A stretch of 64,000 nucleotides of DNA from Phoronis australis (taxonomy: Eukaryota > Animalia > Phoronida): contig NMRA01000309.1 of NCBI GenBank assembly GCA_002633005.1, positions 214,511 to 278,510 on the forward strand. Direction: 5' to 3'. Positions 52,201 to 64,000 of the stretch are shown here, piece by piece. The notes under the pieces are model-generated. The model saw nothing but the letters and a program-made list of their open reading frames with translations, was not told the DNA's origin and did no database searches. The translations under genes and the position numbers were made by a program. How positions within the stretch are numbered: the stretch's first letter is position 1; every line of letters starts with the position of its first letter.

Positions 52201-55200
52201 GTCAAATGCTGATCTGTGGTTGCTTGTCCAAGATAAAGCAGCATGAATCAGACAGCTAAGTTGAACTTGTTTATGTTTACATCCGACAAACTTGACCATG
52301 GAGGTCAAGTTTAAGCATGTAGGACTGACTTCCTCTGTTCCTCACCTGTCCAGACTATTTCCCATTCCATGTGATTGGGCAGCTGTGCCCATGGTGAATA
52401 TTCTCTGAATCATAAACAGGGTCATACCCTGTAGTCATGTGACTAGCTTCTTCTTTGAAACATTTGTTTAATAACACTCACCATTTTCTTACCAACTTCC
52501 AATGTAGTGATATATTTGAATGACGGAGTCTAAAGAATAGAACATTATGGTGAATTGCCAAGGATACAGAGGTATGAGCAAATTTTTGATAGGTAAAAAC
52601 CACGGTGATGGTGACTGGGATTTGTAATGTTTTTAAGTTGTTGTGGAGACTGTGTGTCTCATGGTGACACATGGTGGATAGTATCTATAAGGATTTGCAA
52701 CTGTGTTAACACAGGGCATAGGTTTAGAGACCTGCAGCTTGCCAATGTGGCCTCAAATTTTATTTGGTGACCTGGTGAAAATCCGAGGTTGCCATGAAGT
52801 TGCCAGATTTTTGCGAGTTGTGACAAAGTCAGAAGAAGACAGATATACAAGAATTAATCTGTGGTTAAGTTTGGAAATTTGTGGTAATTTTCAAAATTGA
52901 AAATAAATATTTTTTGTCTCAAATACAGTACATTTGGTTAACAATCGGTATATCCGGTACCCTTAGCACACATCCGAGCATGCGCACACACTACAGTAGG
53001 AAGTTAACAGTCCGAGTTGTTCAGCAAATGATACACAAGCAAACAAGGTTTTCTGATCATCTGCTTTGAGCTGAACGAGGGTGCAATGAGCGCCAGAACA
53101 TCCCTACATGATTCAACAGGGTTTTTTCTTTTTGTTTAGTGGAATGGAAAAATAGGGGTGCAGCAACGCGCAAAAACATCCAGACAACATTTATCGTTGT
53201 GAATATTCCCCTCTGCATTTGGCGAGCTGACGTGCTAGTTGTCGAGCCGTGTAACATGTTGTTTTTTATGGAAACAATGAATTTGTTGTGAGCAATTGCC
53301 TTTTTATGAATTAAAAGTATTTTTCATAGGTGTGAAGTGTGAAGCACAAAAGAAAATTTACTTGTGAAGAAACTTTGATTAATGATGTTTAAAAATTGTT
53401 TTTTTCACCTGGAAAGTACTTGTGTACTTGTTCAATGTCACAACTGGTGAAAATTTCACTTTTTCTGAGGAGTTACAGTGCGAAGGGACCGATCCACATA
53501 GAAGATTTTGCTGGAATGCTCTCATCTGATTGTTTTTTAATGTTTGCTACGTAGGGTGAGTAATTACAACGGTGTTATGTGTTTTGTAACTGGAAAAGTA
53601 GTTTGATGTTTCATCCTCCTCTGTTATTTGACTCATGATGAACTACAACCAGTATGAGCCGATTGCCAGTTAGACCAGCAATATAGGAGACTATCTGCAA
53701 ATTGATACACAGCCAAGATGGTTCCTGTAGTTTGGTTGTGGTCACTGGCCTGTGTTGGAATGCACTGCTGTGTTTTTATAGAGCAGCCCTGTTGTCATTA
53801 GGTCCTCATGTTAACTGGCTAATAAAATACTGGAATTAACTCCACCTACTCACCTCCATCATTGGCTCTGTGTGCAGCTGGTAACTTTTTGTTTAGCCCC
53901 AGCTTAAGAAGTTTCTGTTCCCCCCTCCCCCTCCACCCCACCCTCCTGTAGCAAGGTGTTAATTCGGGGTGGGGGGGGGGGTAAAATGCATTGCGGGATG
54001 TGTGCCATCACATAAACATCCGGTGATGTTTAATTTGATTTAGAATTTGCTTTTTAGATGGTGTTATTTAATTTCTGTATGACGGCATGTCGTGTGCTAT
54101 GAGAATGTTTTGCACAAAAGCTTTTCTAGTTTTTGTACGATGGTTGCGTAGCTGTATTCACACCAAAAATCATGTTGCAGTGGACCCATGTTTCCCATTC
54201 TGGTGCACTCAACTGAGAAGTGTTGTTATTTTGCCTAGTGTTGTTTACAAGCCATCACTGGTCACTGTGGTGTCACCTGCTACAATATCCATGAATTATC
54301 TGTGGTGTTGATTGATTTGATGAAAAGGTGTTTTGTCTGCTTTCAAACCAGTTGTGTGTTGGGTGTTGAATTTTAAGAATTTTAGTCACACACATGGCTT
54401 TCTCTATCTGTTGCTTGGTTACAAGTTACAACCCACAGATTTGCATAGTAATCACATCAACTGAAGAAGTCAAGTCGGGCAGACAAAAAGGAAGAAGACT
54501 ATTGACACTGGCTCCTGTTGTGCCTGCCTGTTAAAACCATCCATGGTTTAGATTAAAAAAGATAAGGTTCAACTTAAAGTTAAATTTTTTTATTAAAAAA
54601 TCAAGTCATCCGCTGTTTGCTCAAGTGGCCATAGTTAAAGTCTGCTCTTTGTGTGTTTTTCGACTCTGCCTTCTCTCCGTCTGTTCTGCCAGTAAGCTAG
54701 GAATGGGTCGATGATCCTGAGCAAATATGACACTACAACAAGGCCAGTGGACTTGTGTTGTTTTTTTATTGGTATCGAGATGCGAGATCTGTATGGTTTG
54801 TTTACTCGGCCATAGGCAGCTGGAGTCCTGTGTATTGTGACAAAACATGGTCAGGTTTACTGTCACAGCAGGCAGTAAAAAGCTGTTTGAGAATGTGTCT
54901 AATTGATCCTGCTGTGTGGTTTGTTATGGTGAATGTGTCAAGGTGTGGTGAGACCTGCTGCCTTGAAACTGAGTCTTGGAGTTGAAAATAGAGCACGATG
55001 GCTTTGTATCAGTCAAAGGCTTGTACAGTCTGAGGAATTTAATTTTGAATAGCTAATTACTGTCTATGTGAGGTGCTAAATTAGCACTGACAATGTTTGT
55101 ATCAACATTAAGTTCTGTTCTTAGCATGGAGGTCCCAGAGCTGTCTTGGAAATGTATTGATTTCTAGATGACCTGTCTTTGATCTTATAACAAATAGTGA

Positions 55201-56326
55201 ACATCCATATGCTTCATTAAGATGACTATGTACTTTTACATGGAGTAAATGATGTGTTGGTCCTTCTTCTAGTGGCTGTCCAGGGTGTCCCCCTGGGCAT
55301 CCAAATGGACCACCTCACTCAAATTTGAACTGCCTAGCTAGGACACACTGCTTAGCATTTGGAGGCCCAAGGAAAGTAAGCTAGTAAGCATTGGAGTCTT
55401 TGTTTAACTTGCTCTATGACTTCATTGACCTGTCCGGAATAAAAAACTTAAGTCAAGTTAAAATGAAAGGCACTGTAAGTTTCATTACACTTACAGGCCC
55501 TCGTCTTCATAGTAACGTACAATTTGGTGCAGTCATTTGTTACTGGTCATGGAAACAATAAAAAATTGGGAAAGCCATTTTAGACACCTCCGACTGTAGT
55601 TTTGTAATGCTGGATGAACTCTTGGGTAGTGGTGTCAAGTGCTGAGTTATGGCCTGTGTTTCTTTAATCACCTGCCTTGTTGATGCAATGTTCAGTCTCA
55701 CAGACATTCAAGCCTGCCACCCACAACAGGCAAGTTTGGGAGAGAGTACCCTTCTCAGTTTTCTGTTTATGATACCGTTGCACTTTTAGTAGTCAAGGTC
55801 ACTTTCTTTATCTTTATCAACAGTTTCAAACTTACCCAGACATTCCAATTTCTGGAAGTGATGTAATTTTTGTGTATCTATTCAAGCAGGGCAACCGGTG
55901 TCATTGATTCATACACCATAATCTAATAATTTTAATATTTGATGGGGGTTATCACTAGTACTGATCATGTGAACACGGATTAATTTAGGCACATCAAACG
56001 CAGCTCCTCAGATGGTGCACTGTGATGTGATAAAGCTTTGTCTCTATATCTCTGCAGGGAGCCTGCTAAGTGGTTTTCAACAGGTTAATGGAAGTAGGGG
56101 TAAACTTGTGGGATTGACCAGGATTATGGTGTGGGGCGTGTTGTGCCGTGATTTGTGATATCCCGGACCAGCACTTGATCTGTTCTCTATATGGACTTCT
56201 GAATGACTTAAAATGCAAAATCTATTACTTCGTAAATCTTGTTCCTGTTGTCAAAGTTATTTATTTATTTATTGATTGTATCTTGTTGATAAGACAATAA
56301 AATGAATTTGGAGCAGGTAAAAACAT

Positions 56327-56518
56327 TGGACCCGTTCCAAGAAACCAACTTAAGTCTTAAGATTTGTCTCAAACTCCACAACCAGTAATTACTGGGTAAG
56401 TCAAACTTAAGATCACTTTCTTGGAACGAACTCAAGACAAACTTAAGGTTTATCTTAATGTTTACATAAACGTGTGCAAGACTTGTCTTTTCAAAGTAGG
56501 TTTTCTTGGAACAGACCC
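56327..56518. mobile_element. Harbinger-like MITE (CTTAAG-motif family), copy B
   Basis: Ends GGACCCGTTCCAAGAAACC / GGTTTTCTTGGAACAGACCC. Shares CTTAAGTCT(T)AAGATTTGTCT with copy A. Ends are approximate. Confidence 0.6.
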
Positions 56519-58640
56519 CTGCCTTCAGTGAAAAAACTACTTTTGGCTCAAGCTATTTTCTGTTATAAGGCTGGTATCGACTTATTGCTCACTTAGATCA
56601 GAAAGTTCTTGTCTTGGGAAGAATTACAGGTTGCTACTGATTGAAATCATGTTCATCATACCTGTCACTCTGTCAACACAATTTGTTGATCCTGCACAAG
56701 AGCAGCTACGATCTGTCATTTCCTTCTCAAGTCCTGAGATATTTATAATCTGAAAATAGAAATTAAGACCAGTTTTATACATTTTTGATAGAGAGCGTTG
56801 TTGCAGCTTCTTCAGACAATGGTGTTTCAAAGTTCTGTTGATGGGGAGAAATTGGAAACTGAACACATATGGGCTTGGAACTTTGTGGTTCGTCTCTCAT
56901 TGTATGCTGTTTTCACATGGACTTCGTGGTGGACAGTTATAGTGTGTTGACATTCATTTTTTTGTCGCTGACCTTATCTTAAGTGGACTGTTGTTGCTGG
57001 GACAGGCCTCTCCAAGTGGGCATTATTGGATATTAGCCAGTTGTTGGTATTCTCACTTTTATTAAGGAAACTTGTCTGTCACAGGTCCTAGTTAAGTGCG
57101 TTTGTTCTATTGCATTTTATAAGAAACTGTTTAGTTTGCAAGAAAATGTAGACTGTTATTGATATTTTTGTTGAAATCCTATAATTATGAATATTCTTAA
57201 AGCCTTAGCAAGTAGCCAGTTATATGAGGTTTGGTTTTGTGACAAACTTTGATGCACAAGTAAAAGTTGTAAGGGGTAAAGAAAACAATAAGTGTTTTGT
57301 GGTGGTAATGAGCAGAAAAGAGACTGGAAGACTGTGTCAGGTTGTTTGTGTTTTCACAATGTCTGAATTGGGCTTATAGTGTAATGTTTGTTCAGCTGTT
57401 TTTTGTCTTGTAACCTTTTCATAGTGATAATTTGAGATGATATTCCCTTAAAAAAGAGCGAGCAAAGTGAAATCACTTGCGTGCTTGGATGCTAAAACGT
57501 TACGCACCCATGCAATGGAATGAGTTTCCCGACTGACTGATTAGCCAGTCGGGATACAGTGGTGTTGTTTTTAGTTTGAGGGTGGCAAACCAATGTTTAA
57601 ATAATCCAGCTCTCTTATTGTCTGCTTTCATCTGATGCTCACGTAATCCAGAAGTTATGTTGTAAACAGCGCCCCTGACGCTGACCGATAATTTTAAAAA
57701 ATGCTATTTGCAAACGACTTTCACAAATGTCGTGAAGCAGATGTGTTTTCTATGAAATACATTCACCAAAAAACTTCGAATGGAGAAAAACTTTTGACTT
57801 TCCGAGAAATTAGACTTAACTTTTACTTTTTGATTCCTTTGTGTGTCTGTAAGCTATGTCTAGCTTAACCACAGTATTGTGTACCTACACAAAAGGCATG
57901 CTTGACAAGTTTAATCAAGCGTCATTCTAGATTAGATCGTGATAATGGAAATTTCTTGATTTTTACACTCCAAGAGAATGGTACTTAATGATTTTACCTA
58001 CTCTGTTTGGAGCTGTAAAGAGACAATGGGAGGGCCTATTTTTTGAAATGAAGTGTTTTTAAAGTTTCCAACATATGCACGACAAGTTTGAGGGAAGTAT
58101 GTCGATGCACAGTGCTAGGTTTGTCTAGAGTGGATGTGTTCTATGTGGCTTGTGGATCAGTTTACTTCAAACAGCGCAGACAGTTAAATTATTGAGACCG
58201 GGCTCCTTACTGGTTTGTTATGTCTGCTTGTTACTTGTTTCCAATGTCACCTTGTCTGTTGCTTTAGTTTGGATTAAGCATTTATACTTTATGTGGTTAT
58301 CATGCGATTAAATATTTGAAAAAGTACGCCATCTGTTTCAGCTAGCTCTAGCTCACGCACTGTACATTCCCAGGTATTTCATCTCCCCCTGGGGTTTCTC
58401 AGTTAAAGATTAAAACACTCAATAAAGCAACTCTGCTGTCATTAAAAAGCCCACCTTTGTACCCTACAGCATAGTGCACAGAATGCGTGTGCCTCCATTT
58501 CATAACATGGATGTCTGCCCTCTTGCCATCTCCAACTCAAGTGTTCACACAAAGCTGTCCTGTATTAGATGGTCTGAAAATTTACAGTAGGACCACTGTG
58601 TGATATCTGCACTTAACTAAAATTTCTGTTTTCGTTGTAG

Positions 58641-58708
58641 AAAAACTGCTCAACTCTAGTGGGCGAGAACTTCGCAGGGCACTCTTTTCTTTGAAACAGA
58701 TTTTCCAG
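58641..58708 (+). CDS. FHOD: FHOD formin exon 4 ((E)KLLNSSGRELRRALFSLKQIFQ)
   Basis: Acceptor TTTTCGTTGTAG, donor CAG|GTAAGT, phase 1 to 0. Contains the conserved LRRALFSLKQIFQ motif. Confidence 0.97.
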
Positions 58709-60079
58709 GTAAGTGATCACACTAGTTAGTTTCTATGAGTGACTAAGCTTGAGCTTCTCTGATGCTCTCCCAAGTCATTAAACGCCTTTCGCACCAACTT
58801 AGATGCATTACTGTTTTGGCGGGTGTTAGCCGGTGTGAAAGAGTTCAAGACCAAAGTTAACGGCTTCAAATAGCAAATAACTTCCCAATAAAAGGGTGGA
58901 TTTAACGGTGGAGCGCTGAACTTTTGTGATGGTTAACTTCAGAGTCATGTGGGTCATTGTCAGGTATTGCTGTCAATAGCGTACGCTTTTTGTTAGTTTT
59001 ATGTGATTTTTTGATAATGTGTTGATGTTCCCGCACAATTCTTCATGTTAGGATCTTACATATGAATAACCTTTTGCAGCCCCTTCTGCCGATAAATCTG
59101 ATGACCAGAGCGTCAGCAAGCAGTAGTGTTGGTTTCTGTTGACTACCAAAGCTGGTCTGACACTTAAATAACTTAACTGTATACGATGACGCCTCTTTTG
59201 TATCCAGTTTATGTTGGTCACCTAGGAGCTTAATTTATGGTTCATAATTAGTTTTTCGGTCTAAAAACAAAACCAATATCCCCATGTTACAATTTTTCCA
59301 ACACTAACCGCCTGGCTACAGATAGCTCAGTCCCACTCGTTGTCTATCCAAGCTGAAAACCATTCTAATAAGGTAATTCCTTTGTGGCTATTTTTTGAAA
59401 TTTGGCTGAATGTATTTTCACTTTCTGCCCAGATAGGTGAAAATTAATCAAAATTGTATGATACGGACAACAAACTACAACATTGTCACCTTGGCTATTG
59501 TCAAGTGTCAAGGTTGATGGGCCTTGCGCTCTTGACAACCGTAGATGTGCGGTACCTTAGTAATAGGTGGTTGAAATGAAACTGATCTGATGTTGAGAGG
59601 CCCAACATTTACAGGTACCTAATTTTTCAGGTTCGCGCTAATTGTATGTATGATCCATTCCGCCTTGACGCCGTTTTGTGTTAAGTTGTACTAGTTGAGA
59701 CAGAGCCAGATAATTGGGCACAACTTGGTCTATGTCAAAAATGGCTGACTAAACTGACACCACTGTCGACTCATTCTAGTGTTATGGAAATGAAACTTAA
59801 GTCATATTTGCAGTAAATTGAATTTTTAGAACTCCAACACCTTGTGAAGCTGGAGAAATGTTGTAATATCTTCTAACTAGTCTCATTATTTTCCTTCAGC
59901 TCTGAAAGGTTTTGATTGTGGCAAACCTGAAGCTTTCATGATAATAATTGGTAGTTTGGCAATGAGTGGAAGAAAGTTTCTACTAGGTGATGGTTGTCTG
60001 ACGATGAGAATGTCTATTAGGTGGCTTTTGTTGTATGTGACTAGGTGCTGACACTTGTGTTCTGTATTTTCTTACACAG

Positions 60080-60185
60080 GATGACAAAGACCTTGTACAC
60101 GAGTTTGTCAACAGTGACGGCCTGGACTGTCTCATCAAGGTGGGCTCTGAGGCGGACCAGAACTATCAGAACTATATATTACGAG
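60080..60185 (+). CDS. FHOD: FHOD formin exon 5 ([35 protein letters not shown]); gene continues beyond the window
   Basis: Acceptor TTTTCTTACACAG, donor GAG|GTGAGA, phase 0 to 1. Contains the conserved [10 protein letters not shown] and [12 protein letters not shown] motifs. The expected next exon (ALGQ.MLYVDGM) was not found before 64000. Confidence 0.97.
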
Positions 60186-60906
60186 GTGAGAACTATACAT
60201 TTCGAGGTGAACTGACATGTCGTGAATTATGACAACTATCAGTTACATGAGTTGAATTGACACATGTCAGCATTGTAAATTTACCACAAAATTTATACAA
60301 AGATTTGACTTGAAAAAAATTTATAGTTTCTGAAAGTACAAAACATGTAGAATTTTATTTTGAACTTTATACGAATCTAACATTGGTTGGCTCATTTGGC
60401 CATTGTGTCTTTTTGTGTATTTAGCAGCGAAGTACATTCATATCAAGAAAATAGTATCAAGAACATGATAAATTTTTACTTAAAACTTTTTGATAAAATC
60501 TCAATATTGCTGTTACAGTTTTCTAATTATCTATTTGTTTTCATTTTTCATATAAATCAGGTCTACCTGATGCAAAAGAGAAACAATTTCATAATTCCAT
60601 TTTGGAAACAGGTGCACGCATCATATTTCTAATCTCAATCCAGTCGGCCATTTCTGAGATAAGATGTTCCAAATTCTAAACGTCACAAATAATATGGATG
60701 CCATCTAGAACCAGTTGGTAACTATAGCTTGCTCCCAAGAGCTATGATTTGTAGTGATCATTGGTTCTCAGGTATTTTTTGTTTCTGTACGTACTGTGGC
60801 TATAAACAATTTTATCCCATGAAAACATTTGTTCTCAGTCGTTATTCACAAACGATGACACAACCTTTTCCACAGTATGTAGCTGTGGAACTGAATTTAT
60901 ACTAAG

Positions 60907-61606
60907 CAGCTAATTTATAGATGTTGTTGGTGTATTCTTGGTACATGGTGTATCTTCAAATCAACAGCTAATTTATAGATGTTGTTGGTGTATTCATGGT
61001 ACATGGTGTATCTTCAAATCAACAGCTAATTTATAGATGTTGTTGGTGTATTCATGGTACATGGTGTATCTTCAAATCAACAGCTAATTTATAGATGTTG
61101 TTGGTGTATTCATGGTACATGGTGTATCTTCAAATCAGCAGCTAATTTATAGATATTGTTGGTGTATTCATGGTACATGATGTATCTTCAAATCAACAGC
61201 TAATTTATAGATGTTGTTGATGTATTCATGGTACATGGTGTATCTTCAAATCAACAGCTAATTTATAGATGTTGTTGATGTATTCATGGTACATGGTGTA
61301 TCTTCAAATCAACAGCTAATTTATAGATGTTGTTGATGTATTCATGGTACATGGTGTATCTTCAAATCAACAGCTAATTTATAGATGTTGTTGATGTATT
61401 GATGGTACATGGTGTATCTTCAAAGCAACGGCTAATTTATAGATGTTGTTGATGTATTCATGGTACATGGTGTATCTTCAAATCAACAGCTAATTTATAG
61501 ATGTTGTTGATGTATTCATGGTACATGGTGTATCTTCAAATCAACAGCTAATTTATAGATGTTGTTGGTGTATTCATGGTACATGGTGTATCTTCAAATC
61601 GACAGC
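60907..61606. repeat. 58-bp minisatellite, 12 full copies, intronic
   Basis: Unit CAGCTAATTTATAGATGTTGTTG(G/A)TGTATTCATGGTACATGGTGTATCTTCAAATCAA at an exact 58-bp period (starts 60907, 60965, 61023 ... 61545). Confidence 0.98.
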
Positions 61607-63517
61607 AGTGCTTGTATACGGTGCGTGCGGTGCATTATTCATGCCCATCTCAAATCATTTCAAACCTAGGCACCCGAGATTACTTGTCATCTTTATTGCT
61701 GTTTTATACCTGCTGCGACTCCACTGAACAGCAATCGTACAAGCCTGCCAAAAATTCAATGACTTTATTTTATTGACTTGTGTCGTCTTGATTCTTCCTC
61801 AACTTGAAGAAACACGAGTAGGATATGTAGTATGACTGCAGTAACTAGAAATCGTGTCAATAAATAAATGTCTGCAGGGATCTGAATGTCTCAGTGTTGG
61901 ATAGCTCTTGACTTAGATTTTTGTATCGCTTACGAGACAGGAAGTAAGGTGCAGGGTGGCTGTCCGACGCCACAACTCTAGACCTTTTTCTGTTATCGAT
62001 CTGATGCCATCTTGTATTTCCCTGGTTGCCATGGTTACAGTCGACATCGAGGTCCTCGAGGCTTTATTGAAGGCTGTAAATTTATAGCAGTTTTTATCTT
62101 GGCATTAACGTGATATCAGAATTGTAAAAACATATATTATGGAATGTTTCAGTGACACTTAATGACTGTTAACGAGGATAATTGTTGATCTTTGGAGTGG
62201 CAGTGTGTCAATTAAAAGTCTGAATGAGCTCCATTTATGGAGTTGCGTCTTCTTTTTGGGACAAGTTGGATGAATTCTTCAAAATTTTAATCAACCACCT
62301 GTTTGTCGTTTGTGTTAGAAAACTAATGTTGTAAAAAGTCGTCCGCGGTCACAAAGTGGTTTTTTAGTCTTCATTTTGTACTCAAAATGTTCACATGTAA
62401 AACTCGTCTGTCGGGAACGACAGTCACAAAGAGCTCATGAACCTAATTCATCATCAACGCATGCCGATTCTTTTTGGTACCATAATGAAAAGAATCTGTT
62501 ATCAATGGTCCGCAAGACGCAATAAATCTGTTTTATCTGGCGGCCGGTGTTTGCCCAGCACCTAGCCTGATTGTCTCTGCACCTGTATGTCATTGACTCC
62601 ATTTCAATGTATCTGTTTGCGATTGTTTGCACGTCTTGATAAAAAACGGTTCTTGGAGAGACGGAATACATAAGAGGAGCATCAATTATTGGCCCCTTAA
62701 TAAAGTGAAGAATGTATGTATAACAGCTACTTCTGTTGCACTGTTCAGTGTTATATCTTCTCTTGTGTCGGGTTTCATGATGTTATGTGATTTGTAACTG
62801 ATATCTCAGCTGTATAATAGAGATGTGGCAATCAAATTACAGCTGGGGGTCTGTTATTTTTTTAACCCGTTTTTGCCTGTTATGGAGACTGAGATTGTGT
62901 GTGGTTGTCTTGTGGTTCTTCCCTGTGCTTATTTGTTGTTTGATGTGAAAATAGCCAACTATGTGACAGAGCACAAACCTGGCAAAGCCATGGACAAGCA
63001 AAGCAGACTGTGACAGTAAATAAATTTGTCCTGTCTGATATGATAAGTTCAGAACTAATGAGATGTCTGCTACAGTAATCCAAAGTTCAAACTAAGGCTT
63101 TGTTTTTTTGCAATGAAAAAAGGGAAATGAGAAGAGATGCTTTCAACATTCAAAATTTAGGAGTCATTTATGTTTTTTGTGTCATTACCTATTAGTTATT
63201 TTCTCCGCTTTTCCTGATGAAATTGAAATGACAAAATTCTCACTCCAGTGTAGGCATCAACTGCCATATACAGCAAGTTAAAGGCATCCATTTTGGTTTA
63301 ATAATCGCACTAAATCGGTCCTCTGAGGCGTATTGTTATGTGATAGGGATTATTAAGATTTGATCCTATTATGTGGAAACTGAGCTAGGCCTAATAGTGT
63401 ATAAATGCCTGGCCTGTAGACATCATCTACATTCATTCCACAGAACTAAATGTCCTGGTCTCCCTTTGAGGTCTAGCAGTTAAATGTTGTCCTGTTTCAG
63501 ACTCACGGGTGAGAAAC

Positions 63518-63637
63518 AACATGACCGCCGGTCCTCTAAACAGGACCTCCGGGGATCAAATGGGACCGCCGCACCAGAAAATGGGACTGACGCACCCAAA
63601 AACATGACCGCCCCACCACAAAACAGGACCGCCGGGG
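63518..63637. repeat. Degenerate GC-rich tandem repeat, period about 20-21 bp
   Basis: Six AA(C/T)(A/G)(T/G)GAC(C/T) cores, e.g. AACATGACCGCC, AACAGGACCTCC, AATGGGACCGCC. Confidence 0.65.
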
Positions 63638-64000
63638 ACTGAGTAGTTAAGGCCTTTGTGTGATACTGCGGGTTATGACGTAACCGGTCAGATAGCTGTG
63701 TAAAGACTATCGCCAAAATAAAGCTTGACAGCCTTGCGTTATTGAGCTCCGTTACATCCCCGACATTGCCCACAGCCCGGGTAGTTCTGCTCGTCACCTC
63801 GTCGTGGAACTTACATCAACATGTAGTAGAGCGCGCGACCGATGCAGGCGCATGCAAAATCTAGGCGTCAACCAACACTCACCTTGCAGTTTGCAACCGC
63901 TTGAGTGAAAAACAATCTAATGAACTGTTGTAATAATAAGTGACATGTGCACGCGCCATTTCCTCAGAAAAATTTTGAGACATCTTTCGAAAGATGATGA

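Noticed and set aside
60907-61606. CRISPR-like array
   Set aside because: The units are contiguous with no unique spacers, the context is a eukaryotic intron, and there are no cas genes.
63501-63610. Possible FHOD exon 6 after the acceptor-like CCTGTTTCAG
   Set aside because: The required frame hits a stop inside a tandem repeat and does not encode the expected ALGQ.MLYVDGM.

Overview
Intron-rich metazoan (invertebrate-type) genomic DNA dominated by the 5' half of one + strand gene, an FHOD/Fhos-family formin. Five small exons (42745-60185) splice in frame into the conserved FHOD N-terminus (GBD and start of FH3); the gene continues beyond the window. The 3107-aa ORF at 25233-34556 is best read as a 9252-nt internal exon (25263-34514) with clean phase-0 splice sites. 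With two small upstream Tyr/Gly/Ser-rich exons (11052-11087, 24669-24752) it can splice onto FHOD exon 2, replacing the 57-aa canonical first exon with about 3124 aa of mostly disordered sequence. This splicing is inferred from sequence only. The rest contains decayed Ngaro/DIRS and Gypsy retroelement fragments, several MITE families (one with 5-bp TSDs), a tRNA-derived SINE, a LINE-like 3' tail, mini/microsatellites and a probable assembly false duplication around a single N. CpG content drops visibly downstream of the short-isoform start. No prokaryotic features, rRNA, true tRNA or CRISPR array were found. All identifications are by eye from remembered motifs, with no database searches.
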